A stretch of DNA of 64,000 nucleotides, from positions 3,637 through 67,636 of the forward strand of contig JAVBOI010000017.1 in NCBI GenBank assembly GCA_031550695.1, written 5' to 3'. This document shows positions 21,143 through 30,874 of the stretch, in pieces. How positions within the stretch are numbered: the stretch's first letter is position 1; each line of letters starts with the position of its first letter. The notes under the pieces are model-generated. The model had not been told where the DNA came from and searched no databases. It worked only from the letters and a program-made list of their open reading frames with translations. The stretch is from Desulfovibrio sp. Lineage in GTDB: Bacteria > Desulfobacterota > Desulfovibrionia > Desulfovibrionales > Desulfovibrionaceae. The position numbers and the translations under genes are program-made.

Positions 21143-23128
21143 ATGAGACGGGCGTTGCTGATTATTATTCTTGGCTTTGTCGGGCTGGTGCTGCTGGCGG
21201 CCGTGGGCCTGGGCATCTTTCTGGCCAGCTTCAACCCCAATTCCTACACCCAGCGGATCAGCGCCGCCGTTGAAAAAGCCACGGGCAGACACCTGCAGTT
21301 TCAGGAAGACATCACAACGTCTTTTTTTCCGTCGCCCAGGCTGAAGACCGGGCGGCTGGTCATGAACGATCCCGGAACGTTTGGCGGCGAGGCCTTTGTC
21401 ACGGTGGAAAGCGCCTCGGTTTCCCTGGCCATGGGGCAGCTCTTGCAGGGCGTTCTTCAAATAGAGGAAATCAGCCTGAACGGCCCGGTCGTACGCCTGA
21501 TCTCCATCGCTTCGGGGCAAAATAACTGGGAGTACGGCTTTGGGGCCGGCAAGGAAAAAGGCGGCGCCGCAGCCGTGCCGGACGAAGTCGCCGGGCGCCC
21601 GGAAGATTCGCCCGGCGCTTCCGCCGCCTCTCCCGCCGGGGAGGATGGCGTCCGGGCCGTGCCTTTGACGGACCCGGCCCGGCCCGGCCAGGACAAGGGC
21701 GGGTTCTTTTCCCATATGGTCATTCAGGTGGACCGCTTTACCTGCAAGGACGGGCGGGTGATCTACCGCGATCTGCGCACAGGCGCGTCCTACACGGGCA
21801 CCCTGGACGAGCTTGCCGTTGACTCCGTCCGCCGGAACGCGGACGTGCCCTTTGCCGCCTCCGGCGGCATCATAGACGAAAGGGACGGGCGCAAGGCGCG
21901 CTTTTCACTGAACGGCGCGGCCCGCCTTGATGCTTCGGGGATATTTTCAGCCCGCGTTAATTCCCTTGAACTGGAAGCGGCCGGTCTGGCCGCCGAGCCC
22001 ATTGTCCTGAAGAGTCGGGCGGATGTCCGCTATGATCCGGCCGCGCGCGGCCTGGAAGTGAAGAACCTGAAAGGCAGCCTTGACGCAACCGGATACGCCG
22101 GCAATTTCACCGTCGCCCTGCCCGAGGGCGGCGCGCCCGTGAACGTTACCGGAGAACTCGGCATCGACAGCCTGGATCTGGACGCCCTGCAGGCCCGTCT
22201 GACGCCCGGCACATCCTCGCCCGACTCCGAGGACGTGAAGGGCGCGCCCAACCTCACCCGGCCCAAGGTTTCCCCCTCGGGCAAAGCTGCGGGCGGGCGG
22301 GGAACGCCCGGAAACGCGCCGGACCGGGAAGAAAAAGGCCAGGGCGATTCGGGAAAGAAATCCATCCCCGCCGTGGTCGGAGTGGACGGCAACGTGGCCG
22401 TGACCGTCGCCTCCCTGACTGCGGGCAAGTTGCCGATCCGCAAGCTCGCTTTCACCCTGCAAATGGAAAAAGGGCAGGCCGCCATTCCCTTTTCCCTGGA
22501 ACTGCTCGGCGGCAAAGCCACGGGTTCCGCCCGCCTGGATTTTCGCAAGGAAACCCCGATCCTGGATCTGGCCGCCACGGTCAGCGGCGTGGCCATGGAG
22601 CAGTTGTGCCGCGTTCTGGACGCGAAAACCATTGTCAGCGGAGCCTTGTCCGCTGACGCGAACGTGAACGGTCGGGGCGGATCCTGGAAGGAAATGGCCC
22701 CGACCTTGAAAGGAACTACCTCCCTTCAGGTGCTTAAAGGCGAGGTGCGGGACTTTTCGCTCATCCCTTCCAATCTGCGCGGCGTGGCGGACGCGCCCTC
22801 CAATTTTGCCTTTGATCGCATATCGGGCAGCGGCAAAATAGAGCGCGGCATCATCACCAGCAAGGATATCACCCTGCAATCCAAGGCCCTTACCGGCGCC
22901 GGAGGCGGAACAGTCAACCTGGCTTTCGAGCAACTGGATCTTGGCGTGGATTTCAGAATCGCCGGGCAGCCTCCGGCAATTCCGGTCAATATTGCCGGGC
23001 CGTTTTCTTCTATTTCCTCCAGCGTGGATGTCAGGACCCTGATGCGCAACACGGCCGATGGGGCCCTGACAACGCCGGAAAACGCCAGGCAATTGCTGAA
23101 AGATGCCGGAAAACTCCTTTTGCGATGA
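21143..23128 (+). CDS. AsmA family protein
   Basis: N-terminal TM then FNPNSY...AVEKATGRHL, beta-rich repeats, C-terminal IPVNIAGPF. Confidence 0.85.
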   Translation: MRRALLIIILGFVGLVLLAAVGLGIFLASFNPNSYTQRISAAVEKATGRHLQFQEDITTSFFPSPRLKTGRLVMNDPGTFGGEAFVTVESASVSLAMGQLLQGVLQIEEISLNGPVVRLISIASGQNNWEYGFGAGKEKGGAAAVPDEVAGRPEDSPGASAASPAGEDGVRAVPLTDPARPGQDKGGFFSHMVIQVDRFTCKDGRVIYRDLRTGASYTGTLDELAVDSVRRNADVPFAASGGIIDERDGRKARFSLNGAARLDASGIFSARVNSLELEAAGLAAEPIVLKSRADVRYDPAARGLEVKNLKGSLDATGYAGNFTVALPEGGAPVNVTGELGIDSLDLDALQARLTPGTSSPDSEDVKGAPNLTRPKVSPSGKAAGGRGTPGNAPDREEKGQGDSGKKSIPAVVGVDGNVAVTVASLTAGKLPIRKLAFTLQMEKGQAAIPFSLELLGGKATGSARLDFRKETPILDLAATVSGVAMEQLCRVLDAKTIVSGALSADANVNGRGGSWKEMAPTLKGTTSLQVLKGEVRDFSLIPSNLRGVADAPSNFAFDRISGSGKIERGIITSKDITLQSKALTGAGGGTVNLAFEQLDLGVDFRIAGQPPAIPVNIAGPFSSISSSVDVRTLMRNTADGALTTPENARQLLKDAGKLLLR

Positions 23129-23186
23129 TAGTTGACGCCTGGCGTCAGTCTTGTGTACTCATCAAATGAGACACAGGAGAATTTTC

Positions 23187-23954
23187 ATGCGCTACATACA
23201 TCCGGCCGCCTGGGCCGGACTTCTGCTGAACGGCATATTGATGTTCGTTCTGTTTTCCGCCCTGAACAGCTTGTCCCCGGCGGAAGTTCCCCAGATGGAC
23301 CCGGCCGTTTTCGAGGTGCTGGGCGTGCTGCAGCCGGTTGCCCTTTTTTTGCTGGGGCTTCAGGCCGTGTCTGTGGGACTTATCGCCTCACGGTTCAAAG
23401 CGGGCCTGGCGCTGGCGGTGTTCGCCAGTTTTTTTATGCTGCCCGCCGGGCTGGTGTATCTCATAGGCTGCATTCTCAGCCATTACCGGTGCAAATACGC
23501 CGGGCTTGAGATGGCTTTCTCGTCCGGCCCGGCGCAGGCGGTTTTTTCCCAGGCCTCGGCCGCCACGTTGCCGTATGCCACCACGGGCGGCTTTGTCCTG
23601 TTCGCGGTCTGCACTGTCGCGGGGCTGCTGGACATGGGCGTCATGTTCCTTGGTCTGGGGTTGACGGGAATCTATCTCAGCCTGCGGGCCAGAAAGTGCC
23701 ACGCCCTTTCCCTTCACCAAACGTATTTCACCGTGACGCCGGGGCTTTTTGTCGATCCTCTGGCTATTCCATACGCGGCCGTGCAGTCGGCCACGCTTTG
23801 CGATGACGAGAGCATTCGTTTTGCCCTTGAACTCGCGCCGGGCCGGCAGACCGAGCTTGTCTGGTCGTTGCTCAGGGTCGACAAAAAAAATCGGCGGGCC
23901 GCTCTGGAAAGCCTGGGCGAAGCCCTTGCCGCCCACCACGTTCCACTGTACTGA
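23187..23954 (+). CDS. Hypothetical membrane protein
   Basis: About 5 hydrophobic segments; AGGAG RBS before ATG 23187. Confidence 0.75.
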   Translation: MRYIHPAAWAGLLLNGILMFVLFSALNSLSPAEVPQMDPAVFEVLGVLQPVALFLLGLQAVSVGLIASRFKAGLALAVFASFFMLPAGLVYLIGCILSHYRCKYAGLEMAFSSGPAQAVFSQASAATLPYATTGGFVLFAVCTVAGLLDMGVMFLGLGLTGIYLSLRARKCHALSLHQTYFTVTPGLFVDPLAIPYAAVQSATLCDDESIRFALELAPGRQTELVWSLLRVDKKNRRAALESLGEALAAHHVPLY

Positions 23955-24028
23955 ACTGCCAGGGGGAGGGACGCGACGCCTCAGCTCGCTGCCGTTTGCG
24001 AACAAGTACAAACCGGGCCGTTTCATAC

Positions 24029-25093
24029 ATGCCGACAGACACTTGCGCACAGTTGGTGCTGGCTGTCATCCAGCACATTGACGGGCTGCTTTCCAGCCCG
24101 GTCCCCCCCTCGTTGCCTCTGGAACTGGAGGACAACAAGGAGATGCGAGCGCTGCACGATAAGGTCACGGCCCTGCGCGAGCACATGACGCTGGTTCTCA
24201 AGGGAGATCTGTCGCGGGAAGTCGGCGCGCGCGGCTATGTCGCCGGTCTGCTCAAGGGGCATCTCGCCAATCTGCGGCATCTGACCTGGCAGGTGGAGCA
24301 GGTCGCCAAGGGAGATTTATCCCAACGCGTGGACTTCATGGGCGAATTCTCAAAGGCCTTTAACAACATGACCTGGCAGCTCGATACCACCATGACCAAC
24401 CTCAGGAGGACGGAAGAAGCCCTGCGCCGGCTGACGAACTCGCTCAAAAAGGAGGTGGAACTGCGCACCGCCGCTGTCCGGGCTCTCAAGCAGAGCGAAG
24501 CCCGCTTCAAGTACCTGGCGGATCACGACCCCCTGACCGGAGCGCTTAACCGCCGCTCCTTCCTCGATATCGCCGAAGCCGGGCTGAAAGCGGCGCAGGC
24601 CAGGAACACCCCCTGCTGCATCGCCTTGATGGATATCGATTTCTTCAAGAAGGTAAATGACGAATACGGACACCATGCCGGCGATCTTGCCTTGAGGCAC
24701 GTGGTGTCCTTGAGCATTTCCTCCCTGCGCCAGGCGGATAACATGGGCCGCTATGGGGGTGAGGAGTTCATTTTTTTCTTTTCCGACGCGGATTTGGAAC
24801 AGGGTAAACGTGGGGCCGAACGGATGCGCGCGATCATTGCCGGCGGACCGGTGGTGCTTGCGTCCGGCTTATTGCCCCTGACAGTCAGTCTGGGCGTGAG
24901 CGTTGTGCTTCCCGAATGGCCTGGAGAACGGCACGGCACGTTTTTACAGCGGATTATCAACATGGCCGATGCCGCTCTCTATGAAGCGAAGCAATCGGGA
25001 CGCAACAGAGTGTGCGCGGCTCCGGCAACGCCACCGGATTGCGCCGGCGAAGGCGGCGCATGCGCTCCCGGCGTTTCGAACTGCATCCGCTGA
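24029..25093 (+). CDS. Diguanylate cyclase (HAMP-like + GGDEF)
   Basis: DPLTGALNRR, DIDFFKKVND, RxxD I-site (RQAD) and GGEEF. Confidence 0.9.
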   Translation: MPTDTCAQLVLAVIQHIDGLLSSPVPPSLPLELEDNKEMRALHDKVTALREHMTLVLKGDLSREVGARGYVAGLLKGHLANLRHLTWQVEQVAKGDLSQRVDFMGEFSKAFNNMTWQLDTTMTNLRRTEEALRRLTNSLKKEVELRTAAVRALKQSEARFKYLADHDPLTGALNRRSFLDIAEAGLKAAQARNTPCCIALMDIDFFKKVNDEYGHHAGDLALRHVVSLSISSLRQADNMGRYGGEEFIFFFSDADLEQGKRGAERMRAIIAGGPVVLASGLLPLTVSLGVSVVLPEWPGERHGTFLQRIINMADAALYEAKQSGRNRVCAAPATPPDCAGEGGACAPGVSNCIR

Positions 25094-25267
25094 GAGGGTT
25101 GCCGTCCACTATTTTACGATTTTATCGTTATATTTCGCAATAATTATGCTTTGTGCAAGAAGGCCTTGAAAGTTTCTTAAAAATATTTAAAGGTTAACCC
25201 ATACTTTCCGCGCATGCGGCGTGGGATGATTTTTTGTGAAGAAACCCCGAGAATTCCAGGAGCTTTC

Positions 25268-27460
25268 ATGCACTACCGGCACCTGCGCTTTCTTTTGCTT
25301 GCACTTTTGCTGCTCTGCCTGATTGGCGCCTGCGCCATAAAACGCGCGCGCAAAGCCGCTTCAACGTCCGAAGGCACCCCCACGGTCGAAGAGAGCACTT
25401 CCATGCCCAGGGCTGACCCGGCCTATTTGCAGTATCTTGAGCGCAATTCCATGCTGGCCAAGTCGGCGGAAATGGCAAAAGTGGTTTCAGGCAGCGAACT
25501 GGCCTGGCGTCCGTCATCCAACAACGGTTCCGCGGACAGCCTGCTGAACTTTGCCGACGCCTGGCTGGCCGTTCATCCCCTGACCCTTCTGACGTCAAGC
25601 CGGAACACGGTTTTCAGCCAGCTTGCCGATTCCAGCACCCGGGCCGTGATGCGTGAAGCCGGCCTTAAGGGGCTGTACGTCGCGCCCATCCAGGGCGGCG
25701 GCGCGCTGTGGGCAAAGGAGGGCAGAACCGGGGACAGCGGCGAGGACGTGGTGCAGTATGAATTTTCCCGCGTTGCGGGCAAGGACGATCAGTACCGGCG
25801 TCTTATGGGCAGCATCATAGACAGCCAGTCCCTTCTGGGCTCCGATCTGGTGCCGGCGGCCACCGGGCTCGGCCCGGACTTTTTCCTGGCCGCCAGAAAC
25901 GTGCGCGAATATCCCGGCATTTATTGCATGGTGGATATTCCTGAAAATCTCTGGACAAACCTGCCCGCGGTCGGCTCGGAATGGGAGGGCGCGGCCCTTG
26001 ACCCGAGCCAGATCGCGGCCTTGAACGCCAAGGGGCTTCTGCCCCGGGCCATGCGCGACGAAACGTCTCCCCTCGGCCGCAGGGGCGGCTGGGCCGCCAC
26101 CGGAACGGTGCGCGGCGTGGACGGCAACAGCCGCCGGTGGGTATACCGCTATTACCAGAGCCCGCGTTGCCCGGTGCTGAACTGGGAAGACCCCTCCCAG
26201 ACCGCCCACCGCATTCTTTCGGGCAGCGCCGTCCGGCAGGTGGGTTTGCAGGGACAGGCTCTCATCGGCTTGCGCTTTGAGGCCTTCCAGGGCCTGGATG
26301 CCGCGAACGAGGGCGGCGGGCGCGGTTCGTTCAGCGTTGAGCCTGCCTTAAGCGCCGCCCAGTCCATGAGCCGGGAAATCCGGCGCTACGGCGGCTGGAC
26401 CTGGGTGCGCGACGACGATTTGCCCCTGAACAGCCTGAACAGTTTTCTCCGCTCCGGCACGGATTTCATCTTTGACAGCGCTTTTTCTCCGGCCGCCGAG
26501 CACGCCCTGCTTACCGGCGACGCCGGCCTGGCCCGGTTCATGGCCGACGAGTTGATCCGTCTGCATATCGACGGCCGCAGGCTGGTGCACACCCTGCCCG
26601 CCCAGGACGGCATCAACTACAGCCTGCCCCACCTGAGCTATCTTGCCGCCACGTCGGGCGGGGAAAAGGCCGGCCCGTTCCGCCAGAGCGTCCAGGGCGC
26701 CATGCGCTCGGCCGCTGCCCGGGGCGGTGGTTCGCTGGTCAAGGACAACTATCTCTACACCACTTCGGCCGGTCTGGCCGCCCTGGCCCTTGGCGGGTCG
26801 TCCGCCGACGCCAAGGCGATTGCCAGCGGCCACAGTCTGCTGGTCTTCTTCAAGGCCATGCAGCCGGGGGTACTGATGCTTTCCGGCCAGGACCTCGTGG
26901 GACTCATGCCCTTGTCTTCCCCTCCCGGAGGGGATCCGGCCAACGCCTGCCGGGGCAGCTACTCCCTCAGCGCGTCCGGTGAAGGCCTGGCCGTGACCAA
27001 CCTGGGCATGCCCAAAGCTCCGCAAATATACGCGGCCCCGGACGCGCAGGCGCACCAGAAGGATTCCTTCCTGGTCCGCATCGGCGGTTTCTTGCGCGCG
27101 CGTTCCCAGTACGGCTTGTCAAAGGGCACGCTGATCGCCCGTCCGCAAACCAAGAGCAAGGGCAGCATCGCCCTGCTGTCCCGCCTGCCCGACGGCAAAA
27201 GCTATCTGCTTTCGGTCTGCAACTTCTCCCGCGAGTCCGTGACCGAGACCATTGCCTTGTCCGGCGCTCAGGGCGCGGCCCTGGCGCGCGTCACTCCGCT
27301 CGGCTCGGGCAGGCATTCCGTTTCCGGCCAGAGCGTCACCGTGACCCTGGGGCCCTGGCAGGGCAGGGCCCTGATTCTCGGCAAGGGCTCGGGCGGAAAG
27401 GACGGCGCCGCCTCCGGTTCCGACTCCGAGGATGGCGCCCCGACGCCCATCCCCGAATAG
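25268..27460 (+). CDS. Lipoprotein homologous to Pseudomonas-type trehalose synthase (GH13), catalytic motifs degenerate
   Basis: Lipobox LIGAC. Segments DLVPAATGLGPDF, YPGIYCMV, VRGVDGNSRRWVY, LNWEDPS and HALLTGD match the P. stutzeri-type TreS family as recalled. Confidence 0.8.
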   Translation: MHYRHLRFLLLALLLLCLIGACAIKRARKAASTSEGTPTVEESTSMPRADPAYLQYLERNSMLAKSAEMAKVVSGSELAWRPSSNNGSADSLLNFADAWLAVHPLTLLTSSRNTVFSQLADSSTRAVMREAGLKGLYVAPIQGGGALWAKEGRTGDSGEDVVQYEFSRVAGKDDQYRRLMGSIIDSQSLLGSDLVPAATGLGPDFFLAARNVREYPGIYCMVDIPENLWTNLPAVGSEWEGAALDPSQIAALNAKGLLPRAMRDETSPLGRRGGWAATGTVRGVDGNSRRWVYRYYQSPRCPVLNWEDPSQTAHRILSGSAVRQVGLQGQALIGLRFEAFQGLDAANEGGGRGSFSVEPALSAAQSMSREIRRYGGWTWVRDDDLPLNSLNSFLRSGTDFIFDSAFSPAAEHALLTGDAGLARFMADELIRLHIDGRRLVHTLPAQDGINYSLPHLSYLAATSGGEKAGPFRQSVQGAMRSAAARGGGSLVKDNYLYTTSAGLAALALGGSSADAKAIASGHSLLVFFKAMQPGVLMLSGQDLVGLMPLSSPPGGDPANACRGSYSLSASGEGLAVTNLGMPKAPQIYAAPDAQAHQKDSFLVRIGGFLRARSQYGLSKGTLIARPQTKSKGSIALLSRLPDGKSYLLSVCNFSRESVTETIALSGAQGAALARVTPLGSGRHSVSGQSVTVTLGPWQGRALILGKGSGGKDGAASGSDSEDGAPTPIPE

Positions 27461-27479
27461 GCGCGGGAGGGATCGGGCC

Positions 27480-28199
27480 GTGCGCGTCAGCATTGTCGCC
27501 ATCCTGGGCGTGATTGTGCGACGCATTGCGCTTGTTTCCGTCCTGCTTTTCACTCCGCATGCCGCCGTTGCCCTGGCCGGGGTGACGGCGGCCGTTGTTT
27601 CCGATTTGCGGGCGGCCGAGGGGACGGATACGCTGCTGGTGGTTGTGGGCGAGGCGGGTGATGCGACGCGGGCCGCGCTTTTTGCCTTTGCCAGGCGGGA
27701 TGGCGTCTGGCAAGAGGTGTTCAGCGCTTCCGCCTTTGTCGGCAGGGCAGGGATTGCGGCGGCGGCGGACAAGCGGGAAGGCGACGGCAAAACCCCGGCC
27801 GGCGTGTACGCGCTGGGCAGGGCCTTCGGCGTTCTGGACGATCCCGGTTCGCGGATTCCGTATACGAAATTGCGCCCCGGCGACTGCTGGGTGGATGATC
27901 CGCAATCCCGGCACTACAATACCTGGGTCAGAGCGGACGCACCGGACAAGGACTGGCGCTCGGCCGAAAATCTGGCCAGGGAGAAAATCGCCTACGGCCA
28001 CGCGCTGGTCATCGAGTACAACACGCACCCCATCGCGCCTGGTGCCGGATCGGCCATATTTCTTCACTGTTCCACAGGCCGGGCCACGGCCGGCTGCGTG
28101 AGCGTTTCGGAAAGGGCCATGAAAAAAGCGCTGGCCTTTGCCGGGCCGGACACCCGGATCGTGATCGCGCCTTCATTGGAGGCGCTGGGCGGGTATTAG
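27480..28199 (+). CDS. L,D-transpeptidase (YkuD family)
   Basis: KREGDGKTPAG and GSAIFLH...TAGCV catalytic motif; signal-like N-terminus; GTG start inferred. Confidence 0.85.
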   Translation: MRVSIVAILGVIVRRIALVSVLLFTPHAAVALAGVTAAVVSDLRAAEGTDTLLVVVGEAGDATRAALFAFARRDGVWQEVFSASAFVGRAGIAAAADKREGDGKTPAGVYALGRAFGVLDDPGSRIPYTKLRPGDCWVDDPQSRHYNTWVRADAPDKDWRSAENLAREKIAYGHALVIEYNTHPIAPGAGSAIFLHCSTGRATAGCVSVSERAMKKALAFAGPDTRIVIAPSLEALGGY

Positions 28200-28347
28200 A
28201 GCCAATTCATTTTGAAGTTGCCCAAGAGTTTGATGTGCCTCCGACGGCCAAAGGGGGCCGGGGGCGCAGGCTCTGTGTGAACCCCTTTGGAAACCCCGTT
28301 TTGTGGGCATGATGCCTTGTTGTTTGGGGTAAGCGTAAAGTTGCTAT
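28197..28347. repeat. MITE-like element
   Basis: TAGAGCCAATTCATTTTGAAGTTGCCCAAG...GCCTCCGACGGCCAAAGGG...CAGGCTCTGTGTGA.CCCCTTTGGAAACCCC, highly similar to the 20846 copy. Right end degenerate. Confidence 0.7.
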
Positions 28348-28355
28348 GCCCCCAT

Positions 28356-28397
28356 AAGGAGCGCCAGGGAGCTATTCTCCCTGGCGCTCCTTTTTCC
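28356..28397. terminator. Terminator hairpin between convergent genes
   Basis: AAGGAGCGCCAGGGA/TCCCTGGCGCTCCTT stem followed by a T-run. Confidence 0.6.
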
Positions 28398-28659
28398 CGT
28401 AAAAATAGCGGATGGTGTCGCGGTTGCTCATTTCCGCCTGGGTGGAAACAGGCACGTCGGTATAGTACAGCGACCCGGGCGTGATGTCGTTTTCCCTGGC
28501 GGCCCGGGCAAAGGTCCGCATGGGTTCGAAATGCTCCACCGGCAGAGGGGCCAGCACGTAGATGACGAACCAGAGACAGGCCAGGGCCAGGCACAGGCGC
28601 AGCAGGCGGCCGGCCAGACCGGGGCGGGAGGAGGGCTGTTGCGAAGGATTGTCTGTCAT
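28372..28659 (-). CDS. Small single-TM hypothetical protein
   Basis: 95 aa from ATG 28659; one TM; PGSLYYTDVP motif; directly downstream of the YeiH gene. Confidence 0.7.
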   Translation of the reverse strand: MTDNPSQQPSSRPGLAGRLLRLCLALACLWFVIYVLAPLPVEHFEPMRTFARAARENDITPGSLYYTDVPVSTQAEMSNRDTIRYFYGKKERQGE

Positions 28660-28724
28660 TGTGATGGGTGCGAACCGCGCCGGAGCGTGAAGCCCGGCGC
28701 GGTTCGATCGTTTGTTAAGAGTTC

Positions 28725-30473
28725 TTAGATCTTGGCGGTGATTTCCGGGAAGACCTTGTAGAACATGATGTAGGCCATGATCAGGGTCAGGATCAGGTTG
28801 AAGCTCTGGCCGCAGACGTACAGGATAAGGGGCTTGCCGCCCTTGAAGTACTGGGCCAGTTCGCGGAAGTTGGTGGCCAGGCCGATGGAGGTAAAGGCCA
28901 GGGCAAAGCACCAGTTACGCATGGGCGAGGCAATGCCGCGCACCAGGCCTTCGTTGACCATGGCGTTGGACAGATCCGAGCCGAGGCCGCCGCTGACCAG
29001 AGAGGCGCAGATGGAGGCAATCAGGAAGCCGATGACGAACTTGGGGAAACGGTCCCAGATTTCGCGCAGGGGCACCTTGCGGCCCTCCTGGCCGGCCACG
29101 CAATCCACCTTGGTGCACCAGTATACGGCCACGCCAAAGGCGGTTACGCCGATAAGCACGTTCTGGATCATTTTGATGGTAGCGGCCACGTACAGGGCTT
29201 TTTCGCCCAGGAACGCGCCGGCCGCGGCCACGGCGCCGGTGGCGTCGATGGTGCCGCCCATCCATGCCCCGCCGAGCACTTCAGGCATGCCCACGAACTT
29301 GATGAAGGCCGGCATGGCGATCATCATGATGGCCGTGAACACCAGGGACAGACCGATGGACAGGGTCAGTTCCTCTTTTTTGGCCCGGCAGGCCGCGGCC
29401 GTGGCAATGGCGGCCGAGGTGCCGCACACGCTCATGTCGGCGGAAATGACGATGTTCAGGGTTTTGGAAGGCATCTTGAGCACTTTCTGGCCGAAGATGA
29501 AGGTGCAGATAAGCACGATGGGCGTTACCACCCAGGCCACGAAAATGCCGGGGATGCCGATGGCCACGATTTTGTCGAACAGCACCTCGGCGCCCAGAAG
29601 CACCAGGCCGGTCTTGATGTAGTATTCCACCTGAAGGGCGGGTTTGACAAATTGCGGCGTGCCCACGGTGTTGGCGATCAGCATGCCGATGATGATGGCC
29701 CAGGCCTCGGAGCCGATGCCGTACTGCTTCATGGTGGCCTGCGAACCCATCATGAAGGACAGCACGGCCACGATAAAGACGGGGATAAAAGCGACGGCGT
29801 AGCGGGGAACATTGTGGCCCATGAAGGCCATGCCGATGCCGAAGAAGATCATGAACCCGATCATCAGCTGGAGCAGGGAAGGAATCAGGTTAAAGGGTTT
29901 GCCGGTGGTCTTGGCGGCCGCTTTCGAAGAGCCGCTTTGGGCCGCGCGCCAGTCGGCAATTTTTTTTTCCGCTTGCGCGTTCAGGCTTTCATCCTTGTAG
30001 CCCGCGTCGGCGGCTGTTTGCTGCGCTTCTCGCGCCAGTGACAAGGCCGCCTCGGCCTTGGCCTTGGCCGCTTCGGCTCCGGGTTTGGCCTTTTCGTTGC
30101 TCGCGCTGGCGGCCGCCTCGGAAACCATCAAGGAATCAAGAGGATTGGACGTCCAGCCTCCAGGCGTTTTCAACTGGGCGGCAATTCGTTTGCCGGCCTC
30201 GCTGTCCCTGGCCTTGAGCTTGAGCTTGGAATCCTGCGCCTGGAGGAACTCGATGGTTTTGAACGGCGCCTTGGCGGCTTCCGCCTGCATGACGGAATTC
30301 GCCTTGTCGATCTTTTCCGCGAAACCGCCCGGCACCTGGGCGGCAAACAGGCAATAGCCCACTATCAGCACTGCGAAACCGAGCCAGATGGCCCAGTAGT
30401 CCTCTTTCCGCCATATGTCGGAAAATTTGCTTTTGCCGTCGTCAAACACGACGTCCGAATTTGCCTGAGACAT
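28725..30473 (-). CDS. YeiH / putative sulfate exporter family transporter
   Basis: IKTGLVLLG, SVCGTSAAIA, GGTIDATGAV, FTSIGL; many TMs; GAGGAGG RBS. Confidence 0.88.
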   Translation of the reverse strand: MSQANSDVVFDDGKSKFSDIWRKEDYWAIWLGFAVLIVGYCLFAAQVPGGFAEKIDKANSVMQAEAAKAPFKTIEFLQAQDSKLKLKARDSEAGKRIAAQLKTPGGWTSNPLDSLMVSEAAASASNEKAKPGAEAAKAKAEAALSLAREAQQTAADAGYKDESLNAQAEKKIADWRAAQSGSSKAAAKTTGKPFNLIPSLLQLMIGFMIFFGIGMAFMGHNVPRYAVAFIPVFIVAVLSFMMGSQATMKQYGIGSEAWAIIIGMLIANTVGTPQFVKPALQVEYYIKTGLVLLGAEVLFDKIVAIGIPGIFVAWVVTPIVLICTFIFGQKVLKMPSKTLNIVISADMSVCGTSAAIATAAACRAKKEELTLSIGLSLVFTAIMMIAMPAFIKFVGMPEVLGGAWMGGTIDATGAVAAAGAFLGEKALYVAATIKMIQNVLIGVTAFGVAVYWCTKVDCVAGQEGRKVPLREIWDRFPKFVIGFLIASICASLVSGGLGSDLSNAMVNEGLVRGIASPMRNWCFALAFTSIGLATNFRELAQYFKGGKPLILYVCGQSFNLILTLIMAYIMFYKVFPEITAKI

Positions 30474-30874
30474 GAACAGCCTCCTCGGTTTGATTGGTAA
30501 AACGCCTCCATCGCTATTGCTTTTGGAAAATGATTTTCAACAATGGGCTTCCCCGGGAGGCCCCGTTTTCACGGTGTTTCCCATGCGACAAGCCTGCTTG
30601 TGTCCGAAAAAAGGAAAGGCGCTATTGATGGATGGCGCAACTGGGTGCCAGACAGTATCCAAAAGCGAAAAAATTATATGCCTAACTTGCAGCTAAGGCA
30701 ATAATATTAATATGTAATGTCTTGTTGGTGGGTTAACGCACAGTAATTTTAGGGGACAATACAAGAATTTTTTTGCTGAATCCAGACGCGGCCGGCGGTT
30801 GCCCGTTTCCGGGGCGTCCGCGCGGAGCCGCTGCCGGTAAGTTGCTTTATCGCGGCAACGGGCCGCTATCTTTA

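Noticed and set aside
30637-30650. sigma54-like TGGCACCCAGTTGC upstream of yeiH
   Set aside because: GG-GC spacing is 9 nt rather than the required 10.
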